Shown: piece after piece, positions 22,232-34,700 of the stretch
Numbering within the stretch: the first letter of the stretch is position 1
Layout: the number at the start of each line of letters is the position of its first letter
Origin: Saprolegnia diclina VS20
Lineage: Eukaryota
Assembly: GCF_000281045.1 (NCBI RefSeq)
Contig: NW_008246174.1
Location: forward strand, 3,042 to 67,041
Direction of reading: 5' to 3'
DNA: 64,000 nt
The notes under the pieces: generated by a model
The model's input: the letters and a program-made list of their open reading frames with translations, nothing else
Told to the model about the DNA's origin: nothing
Databases searched by the model: none
Program-made: the position numbers and the translations under genes

Positions 22232-25200
22232 TCATGCCCGAAAGACTCGGCGATCAAGTTCGTCTCTCGGGTCGATGTTGACGGGACCAGCCATGTCTTG
22301 GTCGTTGTAGTCTTCGCCACCAACGTCGCCATCGATCAAATCGTCGTTGTCGATGGCGCAGCCGTCGTCCATGTCGTCGTCGGGCGACAAACCAAACGCA
22401 GAGATCGCATTGCGCACCAACGGGTCGAGATTTGCCCACTGGTCCTGCGCCGCCCAGACAAAGTACCCCAGCGGCATCAACGACGCATCCTGAGGCCACT
22501 TGGCGTCGCGCAGCGGGACGTGAAAAAGCAGCGGAATGAGAGCTTGGCCGTGCAGTGCTTGGTACACCTCAATGCACTGCAGCACGAGTTGCACCGGGTA
22601 GACTTTGTTGAATGTCACTGCGAGCGGCTCGATCGACGGCACCCGAAGCAGTGCCAGAGACGCGCTATCGCTATACTGGATCGCCATCTCTGCAAGCCAC
22701 GCATCACGTTTGGCGCTGAGCTGGAGCAAGTCGACGTCCCAGAGATCTTGCGGCCACGGCGGCTGCGCCGGCACAACAAACGATAATGGCGGGTACGCCG
22801 GGTGCTCGTCGGCGAGATGCTGCATGGCACCGTTGACCAAGTCAAAGCATAGAGGTGTCCACTCAAAGCCGAGAGCGTCGAGACGAGCCACCATCCACGG
22901 TGCGAGACCGGTCGGAGTCAGTAGGCGAAGGGATATGACAACGCCGCCGAGTTGGAGGCCGTGCACGGACGCTGGCCAGGGCTCCATGGCTTCGACGACA
23001 AAGTCCTGGGGCACTTCCAGATGGTGGTAGATAATCTTGAAGGTCTCCAGCGCTTGGAGCAGGGGCGTCGACTGGTCGTCGACATGAGCTTCGAGCGGCG
23101 GAGACCGAGTGCGAATAGCGGGTGGCGCACCGACGTCGGGCTCGTAGGCGCTCGCTGGTGATGGCTCCGGATGCGCTGGCGAGCCGACGGGGGTCGTCGC
23201 TGCGGATGGGCGCGGTGATGCGACATGGTTGTCGACGACGGGTGGCGGGGCCGTGCCGATGCACATCGACACTGGCCACTCGGCAGCGGGTTCACTGGCC
23301 GCTGCCATCGGTGTCCACGGCTCGAGTGCAAAATCGTTTTCGTCGTCTTGGACGTCGATGCCTCCGACGTCGTCATCCATCGTGTCGTCGTCATCGTTTT
23401 CGCCGCTTACATTGTCGGGTGCAGCGCAAAGGGACTCGATGTCGTCAGCCGATGCCGGTGCGACCTCGGGCTCCTGGGTGGCTGTTGCTTGTGCTTCTTG
23501 GGCCGTTGACAAATCGACCGCGGCAAGCGTTGCCGAGGTTGGCACCGCATCACGACGGAGGGTAGTATCCGCTACAGGGCCGATGTCCAAGCTACTCACC
23601 GGCGACGCACCAATTTGCCCACTGGTTGTTGCTGCTGACACGAGAGAACCATCGCCTTCTTCACCCGCTCGAATTGCATCGACAGCGGCAACGGTGGCCG
23701 CCGGAACCAGCCGGTAACTTCTCGCCGACGTCATGACGTCGACCCAGTGACCGAGCCGCATGCCATGCAAGTCCGCCGGCCACTCGGGCGCGCTTGGCAC
23801 AACAAACGCTGTCGGCACAGACACTCGATTGTGGACCAAGTGGTACGTGCGCAGACCAACGACAATACGGCGCCACGTCTCGGCCGAGTTGAAGACAAAG
23901 CCAACGGNNNNNNNNNNNNNNNNNNNNNNNNNNNNNNNNNNNNNNNNNNNNNNNNNNNNNNNNNNNNNNNNNNNNNNNNNNNNNNNNNNNNNNNNNNNNN
24001 NNNNNNNNNNNNNNNNNNNNNNNNNNNNNNNNNNNNNNNNNNNNNNNNNNNNNNNNNNNNNNNNNNNNNNNNNNNNNNNNNNNNNNNNNNNNNNNNNNNN
24101 NNNNNNNNNNNNNNNNNNNNNNNNNNNNNNNNNNNNNNNNNNNNNNNNNNNNNNNNNNNNNNNNNNNNNNNNNNNNNNNNNNNNNNNNNNNNNNNNNNNN
24201 NNNNNNNNNNNNNNNNNNNNNNNNNNNNNNNNNNNNNNNNNNNNNNNNNNNNNNNNNNNNNNNNNNNNNNNNNNNNNNNNNNNNNNNNNNNNNNNNNNNN
24301 NNNNNNNNNNNNNNNNNNNNNNNNNNNNNNNNNNNNNNNNNNNNNNNNNNNNNNNNNNNNNNNNNNNNNNNNNNNNNNNNNNNNNNNNNNNNNNNNNNNN
24401 NNNNNNNNNNNNNNNNNNNNNNNNNNNNNNNNNNNNNNNNNNNNNNNNNNNNNNNNNNNNNNNNNNNNNNNNNNNNNNNNNNNNNNNNNNNNNNNNNNNN
24501 NNNNNNNNNNNNNNNNNNNNNNNNNNNNNNNNNNNNNNNNNNNNNNNNNNNNNNNNNNNNNNNNNNNNNNNNNNNNNNNNNNNNNNNNNNNNNNNNNNNN
24601 NNNNNNNNNNNNNNNNNNNNNNNNNNNNNNNNNNNNNNNNNNNNNNNNNNNNNNNNNNNNNNNNNNNNNNNNNNNNNNNNNNNNNNNNNNNNNNNNNNNN
24701 NNNNNNNNNNNNNNNNNNNNNNNNNNNNNNNNNNNNNNNNNNNNNNNNNNNNNNNNNNNNNNNNNNNNNNNNNNNNNNNNNNNNNNNNNNNNNNNNNNNN
24801 NNNNNNNNNNNNNNNNNNNNNNNNNNNNNNNNNNNNNNNNNNTCACGCGAGGTCGCATCGCTCCGGGCGTCCAACGCCGCCTTCTGGTGTCGCGTGAGCA
24901 TCGATGTCGTCCGAACCGACTGGTTGAGTGGCTCACCACCGACCCGCGCTCGTTTCCAACGCTCGGCGTTTTGTGCAGTCGCACGGCGCTTGGACAGCGT
25001 AGGAGGTGCTGGTCGGGCGGCGGCGGTCAAGTTGAGAACCATCGCTGAGACGGCGCCCATCATCGCTTTCGGGAGGAGGTGCAGCGAATGCGCCTGCCGA
25101 AGCTTCGATGACCAATAGGCCAGTCGCCGTGGCGGGACCTTGTCGTTCGGAGCACCNNNNNNNNNNNNNNNNNNNNNNNNNNNNNNNNNNNNNNNNNNNN

Positions 25201-25942
25201 NNNNNNNNNNNNNNNNNNNNNNNNNNNNNNNNNNNNNNNNNNNNNNNNNNNNNNNNNNNNNNNNNNNNNNNNNNNNNNNNNNNNNNNNNNNNNNNNNNNN
25301 NNNNNNNNNNNNNNNNNNNNNNNNNNNNNNNNNNNNNNNNNNNNNNNNNNNNNNNNNNNNNNNNNNNNNNNNNNNNNNNNNNNNNNNNNNNNNNNNNNNN
25401 NNNNNNNNNNNNNNNNNNNNNNNNNNNNNNNNNNNNNNNNNNNNNNNNNNNNNNNNNNNNNNNNNNNNNNNNNNNNNNNNNNNNNNNNNNNNNNNNNNNN
25501 NNNNNNNNNNNNNNNNNNNNNNNNNNNNNNNNNNNNNNNNNNNNNNNNNNNNNNNNNNNNNNNNNNNNNNNNNNNNNNNNNNNNNNNNNNNNNNNNNNNN
25601 NNNNNNNNNNNNNNNNNNNNNNNNNNNNNNNNNNNNNNNNNNNNNNNNNNNNNNNNNNNNNNNNNNNNNNNNNNNNNNNNNNNNNNNNNNNNNNNNNNNN
25701 NNNNNNNNNNNGATGCGGCAACCAGTCAAAGCCGAGCGCCTCGAGCTCGGCAAATCGGCCAGGCTCGTACAGTACGTCTTGGCTCGGTTGCGGAGCGAGC
25801 TGAAAGTGCGTCCGAGCTTTAGGCCGTGCATTGACGCCGGCCAAGGCGCATGAGACGGAACGACGTAGCTAGTGGGGATCTGGACGTCACCGTGGAGCGA
25901 GCGGTAGAGTGCTGCGGCCAGCACCGTCGTCTCCCACGGCAT
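22232..25942 (-). CDS. Helicase-associated (HA)-like repeat protein, interrupted by two assembly gaps and an apparent frameshift
   Basis: Repeated unit (Y/F)xxxH/YxxxxVPxxFVVP...PWP...GLxLG...LxALGFxW occurs at least four times around an acidic/Pro-rich linker. The frame across the N gaps is unknown. Confidence 0.7.
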   Translation of the reverse strand: MPWETTVLAAALYRSLHGDVQIPTSYVVPSHAPWPASMHGLKLGRTFSSLRNRAKTYCTSLADLPSSRRSALTGCRIXXXXXXXXXXXXXXXXXXXXXXXXXXXXXXXXXXXXXXXXXXXXXXXXXXXXXXXXXXXXXXXXXXXXXXXXXXXXXXXXXXXXXXXXXXXXXXXXXXXXXXXXXXXXXXXXXXXXXXXXXXXXXXXXXXXXXXXXXXXXXXXXXXXXXXXXXXXXXXXXXXXXXXXXXXXXXXXXXXXXXXXXXGAPNDKVPPRRLAYWSSKLRQAHSLHLLPKAMMGAVSAMVLNLTAAARPAPPTLSKRRATAQNAERWKRARVGGEPLNQSVRTTSMLTRHQKAALDARSDATSRXXXXXXXXXXXXXXXXXXXXXXXXXXXXXXXXXXXXXXXXXXXXXXXXXXXXXXXXXXXXXXXXXXXXXXXXXXXXXXXXXXXXXXXXXXXXXXXXXXXXXXXXXXXXXXXXXXXXXXXXXXXXXXXXXXXXXXXXXXXXXXXXXXXXXXXXXXXXXXXXXXXXXXXXXXXXXXXXXXXXXXXXXXXXXXXXXXXXXXXXXXXXXXXXXXXXXXXXXXXXXXXXXXXXXXXXXXXXXXXXXXXXXXXXXXXXXXXXXXXXXXXXXXXXXXXXXXXXXXXXXXXXXXXXXXXXXXXXXXXXXXXXXXXXXXXXXVGFVFNSAETWRRIVVGLRTYHLVHNRVSVPTAFVVPSAPEWPADLHGMRLGHWVDVMTSARSYRLVPAATVAAVDAIRAGEEGDGSLVSAATTSGQIGASPVSSLDIGPVADTTLRRDAVPTSATLAAVDLSTAQEAQATATQEPEVAPASADDIESLCAAPDNVSGENDDDDTMDDDVGGIDVQDDENDFALEPWTPMAAASEPAAEWPVSMCIGTAPPPVVDNHVASPRPSAATTPVGSPAHPEPSPASAYEPDVGAPPAIRTRSPPLEAHVDDQSTPLLQALETFKIIYHHLEVPQDFVVEAMEPWPASVHGLQLGGVVISLRLLTPTGLAPWMVARLDALGFEWTPLCFDLVNGAMQHLADEHPAYPPLSFVVPAQPPWPQDLWDVDLLQLSAKRDAWLAEMAIQYSDSASLALLRVPSIEPLAVTFNKVYPVQLVLQCIEVYQALHGQALIPLLFHVPLRDAKWPQDASLMPLGYFVWAAQDQWANLDPLVRNAISAFGLSPDDDMDDGCAIDNDDLIDGDVGGEDYNDQDMAGPVNIDPRDELDRRVFRA
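23908..24842. other. Assembly gap (N run)
   Basis: Run of n. Confidence 1.
25157..25711. other. Assembly gap (N run)
   Basis: Run of n. Confidence 1.
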
Positions 25943-26275
25943 CGCGCTTCTTTTTATGTATGGTGGATCCCTATCATGTCCCCCCTCCGCGAGCCAAGGT
26001 GCCCACAGTAAGCCCATGGATCGTTGGCAGAGCGCTGCTCTGGGAGGCCATGACCGAGGACAGCTGAGTTGAGGGTCGTAGCTTCGAAGCGCTTGAAACC
26101 GCGCCCGTGATGGCCCTGCTACTCGCAACCTTGTCGGCTCTGGTAAGTGCGTAAATTGATGGACAACGCGATAAGTGCGGGTAGTTTCACATACCAATTT
26201 TAATATTGAAGGAAGCTATTGCCGTACCTAATCGAATAGAGGTCGCTCCTCCTGTGACGACGCTAGGCTTGTGTG

Positions 26276-26329
26276 TGATTGGCTAGAAATGCCAGATTAT
26301 ATCTCGAACAAGGGCGTTGATTGGCTAGA
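26276..26329. promoter_or_regulatory. Duplicated CCAAT-box element TGATTGGCTAGA (x2)
   Basis: Identical 12-mers at 26276-26287 and 26318-26329, upstream of the HA-repeat gene. Confidence 0.5.
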
Positions 26330-26587
26330 CACCATTTCGGTATATGAGTGTTGTAGGATTTCATGCCTGGACGCAACAAGAGGACTGCTCGTCGTTCACG
26401 TTTGACTACGACTAGTGCAGGCAGGATGTGGAGTAGTATATGTAGTTATTGCCAAGCCTCTTACCTTGTATTGTCGCCAATACACCTCGTTACATTCCAT
26501 GTCTCCAGCGATAATCATATAACTTGCGCCACGGATCATCCTCCAGGCAGCTTTGCCGGATATCACACAAAGCACTATACATCATAA

Positions 26588-27355
26588 TTACGGTCTAAAT
26601 ATGGGCAGCGGGGCCACGGACGTCTGCCGGCAAATGGGGCATTTGTCGAGCTGGACAGCGCAGCCGAGGCAAAAGGTGTGGCCGCACGGCGTGAGCGCGC
26701 AGTTGACTTGGTTCTCGAGACAAACAACGCAGTTCCAGCTGTCGATGACCTTTTGCTTCTCCTCGAGGACGCCATGCACGCGCTCGACAGCCTTCTTGCA
26801 GTGGTCGCTCACGACGAGGCACTTTTGCTGCAACTGCGAGCACTCTTGCATCCACTCGCCCGCCAACTTGTCCTGGGCCGTTGCGAGCAGCGCCTGCGTC
26901 TTGGCCAACTCGTCCTTGAGCCGCTTGTTCTCGATTTGGAGCTGCTGGACATGCACGTCGACCTCGGGCCGGCGGCGAAGGCGACTCGGCTCGTCGAGGA
27001 CGCTGCCGTCCTTGTCCTCGAGCACGCGGTAGTGCGGAACCCACTCGTCGTGGTCGCTCGCGTAGCCTTGGTAGTGGACAAAGTAGTCGGTCGCCGACGT
27101 ATGCAGCACGCGTGCCTTCATGAGCGTCGCGCCTTTGTAGACCTTGACGAGGTCGTGGCGCTGGAAGCGGCTGTAGATCGGGGTCCTCGCCTCGGGCGAG
27201 GAGGTCCACTCGTCGCGCTGGTTGCCAGCGTAGGCAGCCCCGAGGTACTCCTTCCCGAAAAGCTCGTCGCGGAGGCCGGCGCGGATGGCGCGGCCGTCCA
27301 TGCGCATCGCGTCGCCCTTCATGCTGCGCTTTTCCGCCGAAATCGAGAATGGCAT
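26588..27355 (-). CDS. Tudor-knot (chromo-barrel) + coiled coil + C3HC4 RING protein, intronless
   Basis: KARVLHTSATDYFVHYQGYASDHDEWVP (chromo-barrel); a heptad region; CVVC...PCGHTFCLGC...CPICR (RING). Confidence 0.85.
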   Translation of the reverse strand: MPFSISAEKRSMKGDAMRMDGRAIRAGLRDELFGKEYLGAAYAGNQRDEWTSSPEARTPIYSRFQRHDLVKVYKGATLMKARVLHTSATDYFVHYQGYASDHDEWVPHYRVLEDKDGSVLDEPSRLRRRPEVDVHVQQLQIENKRLKDELAKTQALLATAQDKLAGEWMQECSQLQQKCLVVSDHCKKAVERVHGVLEEKQKVIDSWNCVVCLENQVNCALTPCGHTFCLGCAVQLDKCPICRQTSVAPLPIFRP

Positions 27356-27824
27356 CCCTCTCAAATCCGCACACTATTTAAATAAAATACAAAATTGCAT
27401 TTTCAAGCCAGGAAGATCGCGAGTTTTAACCAATCCACGACGCGTGCACTTCCCGCCAAGCGCTTGGATTGGTCAAAAATGAAATAAAGCAGGCCAATCA
27501 AACATGTGCAGCCACGTACCAAGCACAATATCCCGCGCGACGGCCCGAGTCGACGAGACTCGCCGCGACTGCGTCCATCAGGTATACCTCCCACGTGGTC
27601 CAACGTCCTGTGACAGCAGCTGCGGCCTTGGCGTATGGGCTAAAGACGGCTAACCTTACAACGCATCTGAGTTGGCCGAGGAGTCGCCTCTGAGCTGCCT
27701 CCTGGCCTTGACATTGAGCAAAGTCTTGCCCATCGATATACGCAGCCAAGCTATCACTGGATCCAAGTTGACAGTATAATGTTTGCAGTCGACTCTTGTA
27801 CTGCTCACGCTGCAGCTACAGTCG

Positions 27825-28669
27825 CTACGCAGTCTTTTGGTCGAGAAGAGCAGACAGCTCGGCGCAGAAACGGTCGACCGGGAAGCCGATGACATTGTTC
27901 ATGCAGCCGTCGACGGTCTTGACAAAGGCGCGGCCGCCGCTTTGGATACCGTACGAGCCGGCCTTGTCCATCGGTTCGCCGGTCGCAATGTAGTCTGCGC
28001 GCAAATAAGAACTGATTGTCATACCTTGAAATTGTACCGCGAATGGTTTGTTCTTGGAGCGGAAGGAACTGGACCTGGGTCACGTGGCTAAACACGTGCG
28101 TCGACGTGCCCATGCAAAGCGCGACGCCCGAGAACACTTGATGCGTCGAGTTGGAGAGCGATGAGAGCATGCGGAAGGCTTCGGCCTCGTCCTACGCACG
28201 ACCACCTCGATCAGTCTGAATATATGGGGCTCGGCATGCGCACCTTGGGCTTTTCGAGGATCTTGCCGTCGTGGACGACGACCGTGTCGCAGCCAATCAC
28301 GAGGTCGGGCCGGCGGGTCTCGGTCGCGAGGCGTCGCGTGACCTCGAGCGCCTTTTGCTTAGCATTCTCCATCACATAGTGCTCCTACAGCTGCGTAAGG
28401 TGACGATACCATTGACGAGCGTCCGCACCGGCGTCGGGAACGCGGCCTTGTCCAAGTTTTCTTCAAACGTCGACGGAATCACATCAAAGCTCAAGCCCTG
28501 CGCAGCCATGAGCCTCTCGCCGCAGCCGCGATTCGTACCAGGTTGGTCAGGAGCTCGAGGCGGCGCGGACTCTACCACAGGACGTGAGCGTACCGCTGCC
28601 ATTCGACGCTTGCACCTGCGACGCGAGGACGACCCGCCACGACTGGATGCGCTGGAGCAACACCGACAT
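27825..28669 (-). CDS. Maf-family nucleoside triphosphate pyrophosphatase (multi-exon)
   Basis: Spliced model: MSVLLQRIQSWRVVLASQ|SPRRLELL...STFEENLDK...LVIGCDTVV...ILEKPK...HQVFSGV...GEPMDKAGSYGIQ...NVIGFP. Confidence 0.9.
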
Positions 28670-28767
28670 GGCCACGAAATGATCCGGTTACGAACACGCG
28701 TATCCGGAAAATATACGTGGCAGCGAGAGACGACGCGAAGCATTCTGAGGTGGTATTTAACAAACAA

Positions 28768-31700
28768 CTAGTTGAGATTGAGGAGGAACGCCGCGCCGTT
28801 GAGGACCCAGTGGTCGGGGTTCTGGCGCGTCGGGAGGTACACGGCGACGACAAAGTTGGTCGACATGCCCGTGGTCGAGAGCGTGCCCTGGCGCACCGAC
28901 GTCTTGTACACCGGACACGGGTACTCTTCCTTCTTCCGGAGGATGTTGGCGGCAGGTAGAAAGTGCACCATCGCCATCGGCTACAATAACCTCTTATGGG
29001 CATGCTGAGTGGCATAGAACGTACGCTGAACATTTCGCCAGGTCGCGCTTCTTCCAAGCAGCGCTTCTTGGCATTCCACCGCGCCCCCTACCACCCCGTA
29101 TAAGATGCGGCGATACTGAAGCGAGCTGCACCTCGAGCCAGAGACCGTCGACGTAGATGCCGTCAGCAGGCGATTCGGAGATGGCGGAGGCTGGGACGTC
29201 CATGACGGAAAAGGTAAAGCCGAGACAGTCGATGGCAGTCTGGTATTTTCGAGCAAAGTTCTGGAGCGTCCCCGTCATAAACCCCTAGTCCAGTGAGCTC
29301 GACTCTATAACTTGTGACATTCGTACTTGAGGAAAGAAGAAGGCCGGCAGCGGAAAGACCACGGGCTCGCCGTTCACGAGCCAGGTGCGGAAGAAGGCGA
29401 CACGTCCGAGCAGATCCTGGACCCACGGCCCGAGGCTCTTGAGCGACGCAAAACTCACGACCTCCCAGATCCCGGGCACCTGCACCGCAAAGTTAATTCG
29501 GGTAGTTGTACACCGAAGGCACGTACTTTGCCGTTCAAAAAGGACGTGTACATGTTGTCGAGGTCGGACGACATGACGATGAGCCCTACAAAATACTCGT
29601 AACTAGTGGCTAGGGCAACCCACATACCTTGGATGGCGCGTTGAATGTCGGCGAGCGACGCGCGCATTTTCACAAGCAGTTTGTTGAACTTGACGAGCTC
29701 CTGCGAGAGCACAGTCGCGAGCGAGTCCATGACGACCGTGCCCAGCACGGTGCGCGTCTTGAACGTCGACGGGCCGGCTTCGTCGAGGCGGAGGTTGCCG
29801 GGAAGACTCGCTTGGATCGACGCTGCGAGTTCCAAGACACTGTCGTCGTTGCTGACGCCACCGCCACCGCCGCCGTCGCGCGGCTCTAAGCTCAGGATGA
29901 TGTTGATCATCTGCGCCGACTCGTTGCGCTCAAAGGTGACGTTGGCGTTCTCGTGCATGCCAAAGATCTCGGGGCTCGCGTGCGCCGGGAGGTTCTCAAA
30001 GTACGAGACGATGCTCGCGAGCTCGGGCGTCGATGGCGCGTAGTAGGTTCCGGAGGCGGAGAACCGGTAGCTGTCCTGGAGCACACCCGGCGTGTAAAAG
30101 CCATTGAGAATACTCGTCAAGCAGCGCCGGTCCCAGTCGTCGGTGACGCGGCCGCCGTAGTTGATTTGACCTGCCAGTGCATGAGCTGCGAGTCGTCATA
30201 AGAAGAAGTGGGCACCCGTGACGTAGCGCAAGGCGTCCCACGGAATGGTCGGCTGCTCGAGGAGGAACTTCTTGAGGCATTCGTACGACGTCTCGAGGTC
30301 CGTGTCGTTAAACTCGTACTTGATGTTCCAGCCGAGCGCGCCTGCGTAAAGTTAGCGAGGGATTGAAGGGGTAGGGTACCAAACTTGCGGCGCTCTTGGA
30401 TGATTGCGTGGAAGAAGACGAGACTCGCGAGCAGCTTCTTCCACACTTGGCTCTTGGTCCAAGTTGCGCCGCCTTCCTCAAACGAGCCCGCTACGTAGTA
30501 TTGCATACGATCCAACGATCCATCAATTGAGCGACGTACTGCCCTCGAACGTCTCAAAGAAGCGCGGGTCGGCGCTCTGGAGCATCGCAAACGACCGAAT
30601 GAGGTTGGCGCGAATGCCCTTCGGCGGCTCGTTGGTGAGCTTGATGCCGTTCTGCAGCACCGTCACGGGAAAGTACGCGGCCGGAAACGACGTGAGGAAG
30701 AGCCGGAACGTGTCTTGCACGCTGGGATCGCACGCCAGGTCATCGACCTTCTTCTCGAGCGACGGCATCCACGATTTGGCCAAGTGGCAGTTTTGCAAGA
30801 GCACCCAGTCGCCAATCGACTTGCTCGTCTATCGCCCCACCGCTCAGCTCTGACTATTCCGATACCAACGCACCTCGATGAGGGCTTCGGCGCGGGGCCC
30901 TTGGCCTTGGCCGAGCGAAATCAAGTGGAGGCGGTCGCTGAATTGCCGGTCCTTGGCGAACCGCAAGAGCATGCCGGTTGGGTCGGCGCCTACAACACAC
31001 CGCTTGCGACAAGGCGCTCGAGTCCATTGTACCGGCGCTGAGGACGAAGATGCAGGGCGTCTTCTTGTCCGTGTCCTTGTAGATCTCCTCCATCGAGACG
31101 GTTCCGAGCTGGCCAAACCCACTCGCCATTTCGAGCGTGAGCATGTTTAGCAAGCAGCGCTGGACCTTTTCCTGCGCGAGGCCCTTCATCAGCAGCACGT
31201 TCTGGAACGACGAAAGCCGCGCGCCGATCCCGCGGGGAGATCGCATTGGGCTGGGCACGTTGTCGCTCGACTGAAGCCACGCGAGCCACTGCCTCCACTC
31301 GCTCACGAGCGACTCCACGAGCCCTTCGGCCGGCGCGCCGACAACAACTTCCATCTCCTGCAGCAAGGCCCACTGCGCGTCGGTGATGGTATCCGGCGCC
31401 GGGTTGGGGACGCCCTACGCGACTTTGAAATATGCTTCGCAAGAGAGAGCGTACGTGCTTGGCGCCGCTGACGCCGCGGAGGAAGAGCGACCACTCGTTT
31501 GGGGCGATGCGGCCGTCGTAGAGCATGATTTTGCAGCAAATGAGCACCGAGAAGAGGACCTTGTGCACTTCAAAGAGGCCGCGGCAGATGTTGGTGTAGA
31601 TGTACGTAGTTTGAAAGTCGATGAGCATCGCGAGGCGCGTCGAGAGCACGGCGGAGGGCGGCGTCGCGTCAAAGCAAATGTTGAAGAGCCGCTGGAAGAA

Positions 31701-34700
31701 CGGCAGCGAGTACTGGTACATCGGGTCGATCGTCGCGAGCTGCGCGACGACAAAGTACAAGATCGACCCGCGGGTGGCCACGCTGCGGTACTCTTCGCGC
31801 GTCCGGTTGATCTCGAGCTCGGTCGCCTCCGACTCTTGCACGCGCTCCTACGCAGCATCAGCACCGTTGCATCAGTAAACGCGACGTGCTTTGATGATCT
31901 TGGACGTCGCGTTCGAGGACGCAAGCGTGTCGATAAGCCCTTCGTCGTCGAGAACGTTGCCGGACGATTCCGAGAGCTTTTGAAGGATGCGGTCTTCGAT
32001 GTCCTTGAGCTGCTTCTTGTCTTGGGCCATCGTCACGACGAGGCGGTTCTTCTTCTCCTCAATGTCCGGTCGCTCGTGCTTGACGGCGTCGCCGAGCAGC
32101 TGGTCCTCGAGCCCCGTCATCGTGACCGTAAAGTTGATGATGGTCACTTTGATGTACACCTCGGGAAGGTAGTGTGGGTTGGCACATTTGGTTGTGATCC
32201 AGAGCCGAAAACTCGGGTCGTAGTCGACGTCGCTGTCCCCAAGGTGGATGAGGAGCCGCCCGCCTTGCTTGAAGATCGCCTTTTGCAGAATCGGCTCGAG
32301 CGACGGCTCGAGCGTCTCTTCAATGTCTTCGATCAAAAGCGACTTGCCATTCTACCGCAAAATGCATCAATTTTCATGTAAAAAGAGCGAGGGTCGGACG
32401 CGAATGCAGCTCTCGAGCGACCGGAGGAGGTTGGCGTTCGTCATCTTGGTCGCCTCTGGGAGGTATGTCTTCTTGATCCACTTGTTGGCTTGGCCTTGCG
32501 GGTCGATCATGAGCGGCCAGCGCTCGCCGCGCGTCGCCAGAATCGCATTGTCAGTCGAGTTCATATCGGTGGGGAGGCCATTGAGCTGCCACTCGCGCAC
32601 TTCGACGGGCGACCCGAGCGTCGCCGCGAGCGAATATTTCGACTTGGAGCTTGGAATTTCCCGCGCGTCGCACTCGGCCAACCACGCGTCGACCATCTGC
32701 TGCCGATAGCTCCCGGTGAACGCGCCATAGTAACTAATACTCGCAGCGGCGAGGAACGTGTCGCCAATGACGGCGAGGACGCCTTCGACGAGGCTTGCGA
32801 CCGTCTCCTTCCAGCGCTTGCCTTCGACGCTGAGGCCCGAAATGAGCTTCTCGGCGCGCACGAGGCGCTTCTCGGTCGTGCCGGCTTCGCGGGCGAGCGC
32901 ATCTTTCTCGTCGAGCGTGTCTTTGCACTGCTTCTCGAGCATCATGACGTTCTCGTTGACCTTGCGGAGCTCGTCTTGCTTGGTCTTGAGCACGGCGTTG
33001 GCGGCTTCGAGCTTGGCGTTCATCGCATCGAGGTTGGCTTGCTTTGGCCCGACCTCCTTGGCGACTTTGGAGTAGACGTCCATCGCGTGCGCCCACATGC
33101 AGAGCGACGTGGCGGCTTTCGACACTTTGGAGACAACTTCGACGCTCATGCCGGGATTGGCCACGCATTTCGAGAGCTTTTTCAACAGCGCTTCCGGAAT
33201 GTTGTCCTTGTCGTAGTTGATCAACCGGTCGAGGAACATCGAGTCGCCGAGCACCTTCTTGGCCACGTCCCACGTCTGCTTCTCGCCGAGCAGAAGGCAG
33301 ACGCACTGCATGACAGTCTCGACGGCCTCGGGCGGTTTTGTAAACGACTTGACTTCGGTAATGTCGCCTTTCGAGAGCGAGTTGAGCGCCGTCTCGGCGT
33401 TCTTGAGCGCCGGCATGGCCACGTCGAGGTCCTTCTGCGCGTCGGCCTGCAGGATCGACACCTCTTCCGCTTGCTTGCCGACGACCGCTTCGTCTTTGGA
33501 GACACGCGCGCGAACCTCCGCTGCCGCCTTTTGGTCGATCGACACTTGCTTGAGCAGCACTTCGGCCTCGGCAGCTTTCTTGGTCAGCACCGGCTGCAGT
33601 TTGATCAAGTCGCCTTTGAGCGCGTCGACAATGCTGTTGGTCTCCTCGAGCTTCTTGACGCCGATCTCCATGCGCGTCTTGACGCTCTGGAGCTGCTCGG
33701 TCTTTTCTTTGAGCATTTTGAGGTAGAGCTGGATGAGATCGAGGTACGACTTCGGCGTCGTGTACACGTGGCGCTGCAATTGGCGCTGGAACGCCGTCGC
33801 TACGTCGTTGGAGGTCGTGTGGACGATGGAGCACATGTCGATAAGCGCAGTTCGTAGGTCCTCGGACGGCAGCGGAATCTGCGAGAGGAACCGAGACGCG
33901 ACCGACTGCAGCGCTTCTTTTGGCCAGTTCATGTACCAGTCGATCGTGCAGCAGTTGATGAGCGACGGGAACGCGCGGCAGCGCACGCGGAGCGCCGACC
34001 CGACGGGCGACATGCAGAGCACAATGTGCAGGAAGTTGCGCACCCGGTACACGAACGTCGTCAAGCACTGGTCTCGCGTCTCGGGAAGCCCGAGGGCCTT
34101 CACAACGGGTCGCATGTCGCCGACGATGCGATCCATCTCGTCCGGCGCAAAGAGGTTGGGCACTTCGCCGCTGTTGAGAATGTTGTTGATGTCTTCCAAG
34201 AACGACTCGTCGACGATCTGCGAGTCGGTAAAGAGAAAGACGGTCGGGACCCCTTGGACGCCTGCCTTGAGCATGAACGTCTTGATGTCTTCGTGAAACT
34301 CCGTGTTGCTATACCCCCGCGTGATCTCAATCTGGTGGCACGACGCTTCCTGGACAAACGCCGCCAGTCTACACATTACCATCAATATATCAAGCATCTA
34401 TATAGAGAGAGTGAAGTACCGCGCGAGGCTCTGCTTGCCCGAGCCGCCGACGCCGATGAGCATCGCGTTGCCGCGCGGCTGACGCAAGATGCGCGTGAGG
34501 CGGAGGAGGTGGGCGATCGCGTCGCGGAAGAAGACGAGGTTCATCTTGTTGGAGTGGCGCATGTTGTAGTCCTCGTTGGCCGACTCGAGGAGCCGCACGA
34601 CGCGCCCGTGGTCGTCGCACATTTCGTAGAGCGGGTTGGGTGTGCCCGGCTTGAAGATGTCGCCAAAGATGAGCGGGCACGGACTGTGGAAGAGGTCGTT

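Noticed and set aside
23731..25853. Long ORFs made mostly of X
   Set aside because: Artefacts of translating through N gaps.
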